64,000 bases of DNA from Selaginella moellendorffii (taxonomy: Eukaryota > Plantae > Lycopodiophyta), in NCBI RefSeq assembly GCF_000143415.4, contig NW_003314271.1, forward strand, positions 2,733,729 through 2,797,728, written 5' to 3'. Each line of letters starts with the position of its first letter. Position 1 is the stretch's first letter. This document shows positions 24,563 to 38,019 of this stretch, piece after piece. The notes beneath the pieces were generated by a model that saw nothing but the letters and a program-made list of their open reading frames with translations, was not told the DNA's origin and did not search any database. A program made the position numbers and the translations under genes.

Positions 24563-24728
24563 GTTAACGGTCTCGCCACAGCTTGTTAAGGCTGTTCCCG
24601 GGCACGGGCTTGCACGTTCCCTCCAGAACGCGCTTGCCGGGCTAACGCCCGGCTCGCCCGTTCTAGGCGGGAACGTGCTCGCCCTACTTAGGAACTCCTT
24701 CTTAACGGGCTGTGGCTCGCCCGTTAAC
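24563..24728. repeat. ~165-bp GC-rich imperfect palindrome spanning the unit junction (also 27829-27994 and ~31096-31261)
   Basis: Centre GCCGGGC-TAAC-GCCCGGC; paired blocks GCACGTTCCC/GGGAACGTGC, GTTCCCGGG/CCCGGGAAC (intact at junction 2) and GCCACAGCCCGTTAAG/CTTAACGGGCTGTGGC (consensus of copies). Confidence 0.9.
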
Positions 24729-24949
24729 TTGATCCAGCCGTTGGCAGCCGTCGGATCAAGTCAAGCTCTCTACGAGAATTTTACTGTTGTCAGCCACATT
24801 CTGGAGAACGTGGTTGACAGCTACCAAATTCTCGAGAACCCACCTGCCAGCCGCCAGGTTCTGGAGAACGTGGCTGCTGTCATCCAGGTTCTAGAGAACT
24901 TGGCTGCCAGTAACCACGTTCTCCAATCAGACGAGATGCAATTGCTTTT

Positions 24950-27265
24950 TTATTTTTTAATCAAAGCAAGCTTGAATAATTCAAGCTCACTTTGGCTATG
25001 ACCATTGACTACAATCACATAATTACTCACAGAACAGTGGTGAAATGTGCTAGTGATCGTTGGTAGTGCTAAAGCTTTTACAGCTCTTGGATCTTTCGCA
25101 AGAGCTAAAAGTAGCTCATTGTCATCAAGATCTACCAAATAACATCAAAAGTTAGAAATAAAGAATTCAAATCAAATAAACTTTAACTTTGTCTCTAGAA
25201 ATGGATTCCTGCTGCTCGCCATGCTCCAGCATAGGCTCTGGCATAGTCTCGTGCACAGTCTCGTGTTGCTTGTCGTGTCCACCTGAAACGAAGAAAAAAC
25301 TAAATTGAAAGACAAAAGGAAAGAAAGAATTTTCTTACCTTACTGCTCTTCAATCACGTCCAGAACTTGGTGGTGATTCAGTTCCTTTTCGTGGATCTCT
25401 TCTCTTGGAGAAGGCTGTTGCTGCCCAGAACCACCTAAAATCGAGAAAAGAGAAAAGTCCATTATAAAGATTATAAAGTTTCTTACCAAAATTTTGTTGT
25501 TGCTGCTCACGATTTTGAGTCTGTTGATTGTCATTTCCACCTGAATTGAAGAGTGTTAAACCTCCACAAAAAAAAAAAGCTTTGAATTACCAAAAGAAAC
25601 AAGATGGCAATCTGGAAGATCCAATGGATCTTCATTTAAAGGTTTACCAGCCTCATAGCACCATACAATATACTCCGATGCTTTCCGAAATTTGTCTTGG
25701 TAGTTTTTCAAACGACCAGTATGATCATACCGGTTATACAGAATAGATGACATTGCCATTCTCCTTGCTTTCCCAGAGTGATCGTACCTGTTAAAAAAAG
25801 AGGCATTAATGACAAAATGGTTAGCAAAAACCTTACTGTTCCATGTTTTCCACCCTCTTGTGTCCCATCAGCTTCATATAGTCTTTCATTGGAGTGTTGC
25901 AAACACTCATAGTTGTAATTGCTGAATGCCGAATATCTTTCGCTGAAAGGCTCAAACCTGGAGAAAAAAAACTATGAGAAAACAAGAAAGCAGTTAGTTA
26001 ATTACCTGTTTTTTCGGCAACCAATTTTACTACTTCAGAGATCTTATGCTCTCCTATCCGTGCCACTCGACAGTACCAATTATCAGTCCTGTTGAAACAG
26101 TCGTTACAAGCCAGGAAAAACGGTCGCTTGTTCAAGCCCCCCCATCACCAACTGCTGGATGCTTATTAGAAAAAAGCTTGAATGCCTTGTAGACTAAGGG
26201 AGCAGCTATTTCATAGAGATCCACAGCAGGCTGCTGATCCATGTTCTTACAATTCATCAGATCCACTTCGTAGTTTTTGGAAACACGTTGGTTGAATTTG
26301 AGACAAAAAAAATTCTGATTAGAACCAATAAGAACAAAGAAAAAAAAAAAGAAACTACTCAACTGAATATAGCAACCAACAACATCTTCCAAAAGTGTAA
26401 AATCAGTGAATCGCCTGTCGTACAATTCCTTCCTCCCATGTACAAGAAAGAAATTCATGCAGAATAGTAAGACTAACCGAAACAGTCCATTAGGACTGTT
26501 AGGTAGAAACTCTGGCAATGTGAGAACTGCCTTAAGCTCAGCCATCCACAAGTACACATGCTTTGACCCTGTACTTGTTGGCCTTGTAGTTTCTAGTGTT
26601 GCTTTTCAAATTACATGGCTAGCAGCGTTCCTAGAATAAACAAACCAAACCAAACATATTAGAACACAAACCACAACAAAAAGAACAAAAAAAGCAAGAT
26701 ACCTTGCTGTAAGAAACCTTGGATCATTCAGGATGTCAACTTCTTCTTCCAAAACTCCTGTTCTTGCAACTCAGGCTTCTCTTGCCAGCTTCAATACTCG
26801 GTTAAAGCAAAAAAACATATCCCTTAGAGTTGTTGGAGGGTAAGGCTTCCCATCGTCTCTCAAAACATGCTTGTAGAACAATGCAAGCTGGTGGGAAAGC
26901 TCCTACAGTCAGAGAAAGATGTAGTCACAAAAATCAAAAGAAAAAATAAGAAACAACCTTTGCAGGAAGTTCCTCAATCAGTCTCAGATCTTGTAAGGAC
27001 AATTCTGGGCCCTGTGCCTCGTGCCATGCATAAAACTTCAATGTTGCCTACTCATTCTTCTTTCGGGTCCCTGCTGGTATAACCAGTTTCAATGGATTCT
27101 CGTCCTCCTCATTCGGAACAATTGGTCGAAAAGGTTGGCGGCCAACCTGCATCAACAAACAATTTCAACATGGAGTATCTAAGCAAAAAGCACTTACCTC
27201 TCTCCGACCACGCCGACCACGCCCACCACGCCCACTGCGATTCCTCCCAGGACAAACCTATCAAA
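24950..27265 (-). pseudogene. Tyrosine recombinase (Crypton-like), unit 2
   Basis: Same exons as unit 1; additional 1-bp deletion at GDGGA* and a mutated splice donor. Confidence 0.85.
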
Positions 27266-28215
27266 CTCAAACGATTGCAAGTGAGTAAACAAGAATACAT
27301 AAAAACTAGAGAACCGAATTCAAGAAAGGAGCTGCGTTCTCAACAAGATCAGCGGCATTCTGGGACAATCCCAGATCAAATGAAGGAGGATCCATCTACA
27401 GATAGACAAAATCGAGAGGATTGAGAAGGAAAAACTATGAAATCCAGAGAAAACCAAGAAATGAGGGCAAACCAGGATTATCAGCTCTCAAGCTGCTCTC
27501 GACGCACACAAGCTCCTGCTGCCTTGAGCGCCACAAGAAACTATTGCAAAATTCCTGAAACACACGGACAAGGAGCAGATCTGGATCAATCTAGCTGCTA
27601 TGCCTCAGATCTGACCTTGGCAAGCTGCTGCTGCCCTGCCGCTGCTGCTGACGCCTTGCCGCTACTGCTTTGCCGCTGCCACTGCCACTTCTGAGAGAAT
27701 CCGACAGCCTCACGACGTCGGCACAAAAACCCTTAAAACCTAGAAAACATGTTATATATGACTTTTAGCCACGTGTTCTATGTTCATTCGACCGCTCTCA
27801 TCCTCGAATAACGTTATTCCATGTGTCCGTTAACAGTCTTGCCACAGCCTGTTAAGGCCGTTCCCGGGCACGGGCTTGCACGTTCCCTCCAGAACGCACT
27901 CGTCGGGCTAACGCCCGGCTCGCCCGTTCTGGGCGGGAACGTGCTCGCCCTACCCGGGAACTCCTTCTTAACGGGCTGTGGCTCGCCCGTTAACTTCATC
28001 CAGCCGTTGGTAGCTGTCGGATCAAGTCAAGCTCTCTGCGAGAATTTTACTATTGTCAGCCACATTCTGGAGAACGTGGCTGACAGCTACCAGATTCTAG
28101 AGAACCCACCTGCCAGCTGCCAGGTTCTGGAGAACCTGGCTGCTGTCATCCAGGTTCTAGAGAACTTGGCTGCCAGTAACCACGTTCTCCAATCAGACGA
28201 GATGCAATTGCTTTT

Positions 28216-30530
28216 TTATTTTTTAATCAAAGCAAGCTTGAATAATTCAAGCTCACTTTGGCTATGACCATTGACTACAATCACATAATTACTCACAGAA
28301 CAGTGGTGAAATGTGCTAGTGATCGTCGGTAGTGCTAAAGCTTTTGCAGCTCTTGCATCTTTCACAAGAGCTAAAAGTAGCTCATTGTCGTCAAGATCTA
28401 CCAAATAACATCAAAAGTTAGAAATAAAGAATTCAAATCAAATAAACTTTACCTTTGTCTCCAGAAATGGATTCCTACTGCTCGCCATGCTCCGGCACAA
28501 GCTCTGGCACAGTCTCGTGCACAGTCTCATGTTGCTTGTCGTGTCCACTTGAAACAAAGAGAAAACTAAATTGAAAGAAAAAAGGAAAGAAAGAATTTTC
28601 TTACCTTACTGCTCTTCAATCACATCCAGAACTTGGTGGTGATTCAGTTCCTGTTCGTGGATCTCTTCTCTTGGAGAAGGCTGTTGCTGCCCAGAACCAC
28701 ATAAAATCGAGAAAAGAGAAAAGTCCATTATAAAGATTATAAAGTTTCTTACCAAAATTTTGTTGTTGCTGCTCACGATTTTGAGTCTGTTGATTGTCAT
28801 TTCCACCTAAATTGAAGAGTGTTAAACCTCCACAAAAAAAAAAAGCTTTGAATTACCAAAAGAAACAAGATGGCAATCTTGAAGATCCAATGGATCTTCA
28901 TTTAAAGGTTTACCAGCCTCATAGCACCATACAATATACTCCGATGCTTTCCGAAATTTGTCCTGGTAGTTTTTCAAACGACCAGTACGATCATACCGGT
29001 TATACAGAATAGATGACATCGCCATTCTCCTTGCTTTCCCAGAGTGATCGTACCTGTTAAAAAAAGAGGCATTAATGACAAAATGGTTAGCAAAAACCTT
29101 ATTGTTCCATGTTTTCCACCCTCTTGTGTCCCATCAGCTTCATATAGTCTTTCATTGGAGTGTTGCAAACACTCATAGTTGTAATTGCTAAATGCCGAAT
29201 ATCTTTCGCTGAAAGGCTCAAACCTGGAGAAAAAAAACTATGAGAAAACAAGAAAGCAATTAGTTAACTACCTGTTTTTTCGGCAACCAATTTTACTACT
29301 TCAGAGATCTTATGCTCTCCTATCCGTGCCACTCGACAGTACCAATTATCAGTCCTGTTGAAACAGTCGTTACAAGCCAGGAAAAACGGTCGCTTGTTCA
29401 AGCCCCCCCATCACCAACTGCTGGATGCTTATTAGAAAAAAGCTTGAATGACTTGTAGACTAAGGGAGCAGCTATTTCATAGAGATCCACAGCAGGCTGC
29501 TGATCCATGTTCTTACAATTCATCAGATCCACTTCGTAGTTTTTGGAAACACGTTGGTTGAATTTGAGACAAAAAAAATTCTGATTAGAACCGACAAGAA
29601 CAAAGAAAACAAATAAGAAACTACTCAACTGGATATAGCAACCAACAACATCTTCCAAAAGTGTAAAATCAGTGAATCGCAAGTCATACAATTCCTTCCT
29701 CCCACGTACAAGAAAGAAATTCATGCAGAATAGTACAACTAACCAAAACAGTCCATTAGGACTGTTAGGTAGAAACTCTGGCAACGTGAGAATTGCCTTA
29801 AGCTCAGCCATCGACAAGTACACATGCTTTGACCCTGTACTTGTTGGCCTTGTAGTTTCTAGTGCTGCTTTTCGAATTACATGGCTAGCAGTGTTCCTAG
29901 AATAAACAAACCAAACCAAACATATTAGAACACAAACCACAACAAAAAGAACAAAAAAGGCAAGATACCTTGCTGTAAGAAACCTTGGATCATTCAGGAT
30001 GTCAACTTCTTCTTCCAAAACTCCTGTTCTTGCAACTCAGGCTTCTCTTGCCAGCTTCAATACTCGGTTAAAGCAAAAAAACATATCCCTCAGAGTTGTT
30101 GGAGGGTAAGGCTTCCCATCGTCGCTCAAAACATGCTTGTAGAACAATGCAAGCTGGTGGGAAAGCTCCTACAGTTAGAGAAAGATTTAGTCATAAAAAT
30201 CAAAAGAAAAAATAAGAAACAACCTTTGCAGGAATTTCCTCAATCAGTCTCAAATCCTGTAAGGTAAATTCTGGGCCCTGTGCCTCGTGCCATGCATAAA
30301 ACTTCGATGTTGCCTACTCATTCTTCTTTCGGGTCCCTGTTGGTATAACCAGTTTCAATGGATTCTCGTCCTCCTCATTCGGAACAATTGGTCAAAAAGG
30401 TTGGCGGCCAACCTGCATCAACAAACAATTTCAACATGGAGTATCTAAGCAAAAAGCACTTACCTCTCTCCGACCATGCCGACCACGCCCACCACGCTCG
30501 CTGCGATTCCTCCCAGGACAAACCTATCAA
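28216..30530 (-). pseudogene. Tyrosine recombinase (Crypton-like), unit 3
   Basis: Same exons; retains the catalytic-Arg motif FLVRGRKE; stops and a frameshift present. Confidence 0.85.
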
Positions 30531-33315
30531 ACTCAAACGATTGCAAGTGAGTTAGCAAGAATACATAAAAACTAGAGAACCGAATTCAAGAAAGGAGCTG
30601 CGTTCTCAACAAGATCAGGGGCATTCTGGGACAATCCCAAATCAAATGAAGGAGGATCCATCTACAGATAGACAAAATCGAGAGGATTGAGAAGGAAAAA
30701 CTATGAAATCCAGAGAAAACCAGGAAATGAGGGCAAACCAGGATTATCAGCTCTCAAGCTGCTCTCGACGCATACAAGCTCCTGCTGCCTTGAGCGCCAC
30801 AAGAAACTGCTGCAAAATTCCTGAAACACACGGACAAGGAGCAGATCTGGATCAATCTAGTTGCTATGCCTCAGATCTGACCTTGGCAAGCTGCTGCTGC
30901 CCTACCGCTGCTGCTGACACCTTGCCGCTACTGCTTTGCCGCTACCACTGCCACTTCTGAGAGAATCCGACAGCCTCACGGCGTCGGCACAAAAAACCCT
31001 AAAACCCTAGAAAACATGTTATATATGACTTTTAGCCACGTGTTCTATGTTCATTCGACCGCTCTCATCCTCGAATAACGTTATTCCATGTGTCCGTTAA
31101 CGGTCTCGCCACAGCTTGTTAAGGCTGTTCCCGGGCACGGGCTTGCACGTTCCCTCCAGAACGCGCTCGCCGGGCTAATGCCCGGCTCGCCCGTTCTAGG
31201 CGGGAACGTGCTCACCCTACTTAGGAACTCCTTCTTAACGGGCTGTGGCTCGCCCGTTAACTTGATCCAGCCGTTGGCAGCCGTCGGATCAAGTCAAGCT
31301 CTCTGCGAGAATTTTACTGTTGTCAGCCACATTCTGGAGAACGTGGCTGACAGGTACCAGATTCTAGAGAACCCACCTGCCAGCCGCCAGGTTCTGGAGA
31401 ACGTGGCTGCTGTCATCTAGGTTCTAGAGAACTTGGCTGCCAGTAACCACGTTCTCCAATCAGACGAGATGCAATTGCTTTTTTATTTTTTAATCAAAGT
31501 AAGCTTGAATAATTCAAGCTCACTTTGGCTATGACCATTGACTACAATCACACAATTACTCACAGAACAGTGGTGAAATGTGCTAGTGATCGTCGGTAGT
31601 GCTAAAGCTTTTGCAGCTCTTGGATCTTTCGCAAGAGCTAAAAGTAGCTCATTGTTGTCAAGATCTACCAAATAACATCAAAAGTTAGAAATAAAGAATT
31701 CAAATCAAATAAACTTTAACTTTGTCTCCAGAAATGGATTCCTGCTGCTCGCCATGCTCCGGCATAGGCTCTGGCATAGTCTCGTGCACAGTCTCGTGTT
31801 GCTTGTCGTGTCCACCTGAAACGAAGAAAAAACTAAATTGAAAGAAAAAAGGAAAGAAAGAATTTTCTTACCTTTCTGCTCTTCAATCACGTCCAGAACT
31901 TGGTGGTGATTCAGTTCCTGTTCGTGGATCTCTTCTCTTGGAGAAGGCTGTTGCTGCCCAGAACCACCTAAAATCGAGAAAAGAGAAAAGTCCATTATAA
32001 AGATTATAAAGTTTCTTACCAAAATTTTGTTGTTGCTGCTCACGATTTTGAGTCTGTTGATTGTCATTTCCACCTGAATTGAAGAGTGTTAAACCTACAC
32101 AAAAAAAAAAAGCTTTGAATTACCAAAAGAAACAAGATGGCAATCTTGAAGATCCAATGGATCTTCATTTAAAGGTTTACCAGCATCATAGCACCATACA
32201 ATATACTCCGATACTTTCCGAAATTTGTCCTGGTAGTTTTTCAAACGACCAGTATGATCATACCGGTTATACAGAATAGATGACATTGCCATTCTCCTTG
32301 CTTTCCCAGAGTGATCGTACCTGTTAAAAAAAGAGGCATTAATGACAAAATGGTTAGCAAAAACCTTACTGTTCCATGTTTTCCACCCTCTTGTGTCCCA
32401 TCAGCTTCATATAGTCTTTCATTGGAGTGTTGCAAACACTCATAGTTGTAATTGCTAAATGCCGAATATCTTTCGCTGAAAGGCTCAAACCTGGAGAAAA
32501 AAAACTATGAGAAAACAAGAAAGCAATTAATTAACTACTTGTTTTTACAGCAACCAATTTTACTACTTTAGAGATCTTATGCTCTCCTATCCGTGCCCTT
32601 TGACAGTACCAATTATCAGCCTGTTGAAACAGTCGTTACAAGCCAGGAAAAACGGCCGCTTGTTCAAGCCCCCCCATCACCAACTGCTGGATGCTTATCG
32701 AAAAAAAGCTTGAATGCCTTGTAGACTAAGAGAGCAGCTATTTCATAGAGATCCACAGCAGGCCGCCGATCCATGTTCTTACAATTCATCAGATCCACTT
32801 GGTAGTTTTTGGAAACACGTTGGTTGAATCTTGTCAGGAATCCCCCAATTCTTGCCACATTCTTGACTCTTGCCGGATTCCTGACCTGCAGACCACATTC
32901 CTGACTCTCGAGACACTTCCCTATTCCTGACTCTCGAGACACTTCCCTATTCCTGACTCTCGAGACACTTCCCGATTCCTGAGTCTCAAGCCACATTCCT
33001 GATGATGATGTGGTGCCTCCTCGACCTCAGCTATATTTAGGCCATCCTCGATCCAAGAGTGGTGGAGCTTCATCAACCTATAGTATATATAGGTTAGCCT
33101 TGTTCTATTTCTCCACAATCTGAATCAACGCCAGTATATGGCCTTTTCTTTGTTTTCACTAGCTTTTTCTCTTTGTCTTTAGCATTTTCCAGCCTTGATC
33201 TTGTTGGGGGTCTTGACAGTTTGATTCAGATTGTGGTTTTTGCTTTTCTTTTAGCTCGTTTTGATTATTTGATTGCCTTTGTCTTTTTCCCCCTTTCTTT
33301 TCTTTCTTCTTGCCA

Positions 33316-34288
33316 ATGGAGTCTCCAAGCCATCCTGATTTCTTTGCTGAAGTCCTTGCAAAAATCCAATCTGAGAATACCGAGCTGAAGGCGACCCTTC
33401 TTCGCATGCAGCAGGAGCTTGCTTCACTTTCGGCTCAAGGATCCAGCAAAGTTCCTGAACCGAAGGTGAGTTTCCCGGCGAAATTTTCAGGCAAGCGTTT
33501 GGAGCTTCGTGGATTTTTGAACCAAATGGAGCTGATCTTTGCACTTCAACATCGGCGGTACCCCACTCCCGAGTCTCAAATCGGCGCGATTGGGACGTTG
33601 CTTGAGGGTGCAGCTTTGTCATGGTTTTCTCCTCTTCTGGAGAAGAGCATGAAAGGGGTTGTGGTTCCGGAGCTAATGGATCTTCAATTGTTCAAAGAGA
33701 AGCTCGAAACATGTTTTGGCAAGATGGATCGGGTTCGGGCTGCTACCACAAAGATGAGACGTCTCTCTCAGGGGTCTTGTCCTGCCTCGATCTACGCTGC
33801 AGAGTTCCAACTCCTTGCCTTGGACACTCAGTGGGATGAGCGGGCCCTGATTGACCAATTTCGTTTCAGCCTCAACAACGGTGTCAAGGATTTGTTGCTC
33901 ACCATGGAGGATCCCAAGGACCTGTCGGATGCCATCAACAAAGCTGTTTGATGTGACAATCGTCTCTTTGAACATCGTTAGGAAAGTCGCCGCGCCGCTG
34001 TTTTTTCCGTCCCAGACTCAGGAATCCCAGCTTGAGTCTTCGGGGCATACTCCTAAACCTACTGCTCCGGTTCCGATGGATATTTCTGGTACTCCCCGAC
34101 TCATTAGAGGGAAGTTGAGTCCTGCTGAGAAGCAACGTCGAATATCTCATAATCTTTGCCTCTATTGTGCTGATCCTAATCACAAAGCAACTGTATGTCC
34201 CAAGAAGCCTCCTCGACTGCTCGAGTTCACTCTGCCTCAAAGTCCACCTCTATTGCAGTCGGGAAACGACCCTGTCCAAACAGAGTAG
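33316..34288 (+). pseudogene. gag: gag (PEG10/sushi-like capsid plus CCHC knuckle), with internal stops and a frameshift
   Basis: PEPKVSFPAKFSGKRLELRGFLNQ, LEGAALSWF, LSQGSCPASIYAAEF, CLYCADPNHKATVC; stop at 33951. Confidence 0.9.
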
Positions 34289-37200
34289 GAGTTGTCTGTT
34301 TGGACTCCCCGAATAAAAATCACTTTTCTTCTTTATCAAGCTCCTCACCACCTTTCATCAAAGCCACCACCAATTCCCGCAACTTCCGCGTCCCATGTCT
34401 CCTTTCTTTCACCGGACAATCAGGACTCAAGGCTCTGGTGTTACTGGACTCGGGTGCAACTTCCTGCTTCATGGACACGGCCTTTGCTGCCCGACATCAC
34501 ATTCCTCTTTCTCCTACCATACGGGATTTGAGGGTTGAAGGCATCGGCGGGCATTTTGTGTCTCCATCTTCTGGACTTAGGGAAACGTTGCCCGTTCAAG
34601 TACACATCGGGTCCACCGTCACCGATATCGGCTTCAACATCATCAACAGCAAGTCCTCCTCTATGGTGCTCGGTCTTCCTTGGTTCCAACTACATCAGCC
34701 TCAAATTTGTTAGAAGGAATTATAGCTCATCTCTCCTACGGCTTCCCCTACTGTTCATCGAGTCCGAATCAGGAAAAGTTCCCTAAACTCAAATCGGGGT
34801 TCTGTTCTTGACTCTATAAAGTTTTCACCCTCTTCTTTTTCCTCTCTTCCATCTTACACTGGACCGTATCCTCGTCTCATCATTCCATTTAGTCGTATGC
34901 CTCCTCCTATCTCCACAATCACTATGAAAGAACTTCTTGATGAAGTACCTCTTTTTCTTTTTGCTTTACATGTTTTTCCTATCAGTCTTCCTGAGAAGTA
35001 TCATGATTTTGGGGATGTGTTTGACAAGAAAAAAGCTAGTGTACTGCCTGTTCATCGGCCTTATGATTGTCCCATTGATTTACAGGAAGGAGCGTCACCT
35101 CCGTGGGGGCCTATCTACGGGTTATCCCCGTCCGAGCTTAAGGCCCTCAAAGAGTACGTGGATGAGAACCTTGCCTCGGGCTACATTCAGCATTCGCAGT
35201 CCCCGACTGGAGCGCCTGTCTTCTTTGTCAAGAAGAAGGATGGGAGCTTGCGGCTAGTCATCGACTACCGAAGTTTGAACAAGATGACTGTTCGGAACCG
35301 TTATCCGCTGCCCCTGATCTCGGACCTGTTGGAACGTCTCGGCGGTGCCCGCTTCTTCACCAAGATCGACCTCCGTGGAGCATACAACCTGATCCGGATC
35401 CGGCCTGGTGATGAATGGAAGACTGCGTTCCGAACCCGCTATGGCCACTTCGAGTACACTGTCATGCCATTTGGCTTGACAAATGCTCCAGCAGTTTTCC
35501 AACACATGGCGAACGACATCTTTCGGGAGTTTCTTGATCAGATGGTGATCGTCTACCTCGATGACATCCTCATCTACTCAAAAACTCAGGAGGAGCATGA
35601 CGAACATGTACGCAAGGTGCTAGCGAAGCTGCGAGAACATGGCCTATACGCGAAGCTTGAGAAATGTTCCTTTGATCAGCAGTCTGTGGAGTTCCTTGGG
35701 TACATTGTCACTCCTGAGGGTATCACGATGGATCCTGCCAAAGTCAAGACTATTCTCGAATGGGAGCCTCCACAATCAATGTCAGACGTTCAGGTTTTCC
35801 TTGGCTTCGCCAACTTCTACCGCAAATTCATTGATCACTACTCTGACATTATCCTTCCTCTCACACATCTCACTCGCAAGGATGTTCCCTTCTCTTCGTC
35901 TGCTGCTGCCCAGCAGGCCTTCGACACACTCAAGGCGGCCTTCAGTTCTGCTCCTATCTTGATCCATGCTGATTCCTCACAACCTTTCTTCATCGAGGCT
36001 GACGCCTCCGACTTTGCCATTGGTGCTGTGCTGTCTCAACTCGGAGCGGATCACGAACTTCATCCGGTCGCTTTCCATTCTCGGAAATTCCAGCCTGCGG
36101 AGATCAATTACGAAATCCACAACAAGGAGCTCCTTGCCATCGTGGATTCCTTTGGAGAGTGGCACCGTTTCTTGGAGGGGGCAAGCCATCAAACAACAGT
36201 CTGGACGGATCACAAAAATCTCGAGTACTTTGCCACTTCCCGAGTTTTAAGCCATCGTCAAGCAAGGTGGGCACAATTCCTAAGTCGGTTTGACTTTGTT
36301 ATCAAGTACAGATCTGGAAAGTTTCAAGGCCTTTCTGATGCTCTTTCAAGGCGCTCCTATCTCAGTCTCAGGCCTGGTAATCCTGCCTTCGATCAACAGG
36401 ATCAAGTTATTGTCGGTCCTGATCAGCTTCAAGTTATGGCAATTTCCCTGGCCCCTCAGGACTCCTCCTTGATGGATGCAATCAGAAACGATCTTCAATC
36501 CGATGATCTCGCTAGCGATATTTTCCCCCATCTTCAGGCTGGACACCCAGTGACTCCCGACTGCTGGTGATTTGACGAGTTCAAGTTCTTAGATGGTTTA
36601 TTGTACCGTGGGGAGCAGCTTTACATTCCTGAAGGTGATGCTCGAAGGTTGGTCCTGATGGCGTGCCACAATAGCCCGACTACTGGTCACTTCGGCATTG
36701 CGAAAACCTATGAGCTAGTTGCACAGGACTTTTGGTGGCCTCACATGGACGACTACATCAAAGCTTTTGTTACCTCCTGTGACACTTGTGCCCGGAATAA
36801 GGTACCTCACCACCTTCCTTCAGGTTTGCTTCGTTCCCTTCCGGTCCCTTCAGGTCCTTGGGAATCCATCTCCATGGATTTCTTGAGTGATCTTCCGAGT
36901 TCTGGAGGCTTCAACAGCATTTTAGTCGTGGTGGATCGCTTCACAAAGATGGCGCACTTCTTGCCATGTACCAAGGAGTTTTCGGGCGAGGACATGGCAA
37001 AACTGGTATTCAGGGAAATTTTCCGACTTCATGGGATTCCTACAGATGTGGTTTCGGATCGAGGGCCTCAGTTCATCTCTCATTTCTGGCAACGGTTTTT
37101 GCAGCTGCTTGGAGTGAAGGCCAACCTCTCTTCGGCATATCATCCTCAAACTGATGGGCAGTCCGAGCGAACGATTCAGACGTTAGAACAATTCTTGAGG

Positions 37201-38019
37201 TGCTTCATCAACTATCATCAGGATAACTGGTTCGATATCCTTCCTCTTGCTGAGTTCTCCTATAACAACTCTGTTCACTCCTCTCTTCGAGTTTCCCCCT
37301 TCTTTGCAAACTCTGGCCAAAATCCCCGATTCAATCTCTCACTTCCTTCTCCATCTGAATCCTCTCGTTCAAATCCCCACTCTGAGGCATTTATCTCCAA
37401 CCTCCAGGAAATCCACAACTCCATCTCCTTCCACCTCCATCGTGCTCAGGAATCTCATAAAACATTTGCCAATGTCCATCGTCAGGATTGTCCCCTTTAC
37501 AATATCGGGGATAAAGTCTGGCTCCTCAGGCGAAATATCTCCACCACCAGGCCCTGTCCAAAACTCGATTTCAAACGCCTTGGTCCTTTCCCTATCACTG
37601 CCATCATTAATCCTGTCACTTATCGCCTTGCACTTCCCTCCTCATATCAAATTCACCCCGTTTTTCACTCCTCTCTCCTTGAGCCTTATATTCCCAGTCC
37701 TATTCCAAATCGGGTCATTCCTCCGCCTCCACCAGTGCAGCTCGAGGATGGGTCTGAGTACGAGGTTCAGGACATCCTTGATTCCAAGATTTCATGGTCT
37801 AAACTCTACTATCTGGTGGACTGGAAGGGTTACGGACCTGAGGAACGCACTTGGGAACTTGCGGACAACCTGATTCATTCTCCTGACCTTGTTCAGGACT
37901 TCCACCGCCGCTATCCTTCTCGTCCCAGTCCTCATTCTTTTTCTCCATCTCCCATCCCTCATCGCTCATCTCATCCTCCTCTTCGTTCTCGTTCACATCC
38001 TCGTTCCACTCGTTCTTGA
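34261..38019 (+). pseudogene. pol: pol polyprotein (protease, RT, RNase H, integrase, chromodomain), broken by stops at 34713 and 36570
   Basis: LLDSGAT; VMPFGLTNAP, VYLDDILIYS; EADASDFAIGAVL; H-x6-H...CDTC, SMDF, VSDRGPQF, GQSER; chromodomain EYEVQDILDS...YYLVDWKGYGPEERTWE. Confidence 0.95.

Noticed and set aside
33219-33240. tRNA primer-binding site for the gypsy element
   Set aside because: Does not begin with TGG and is fully explained by complementarity to the LTR (self-priming)
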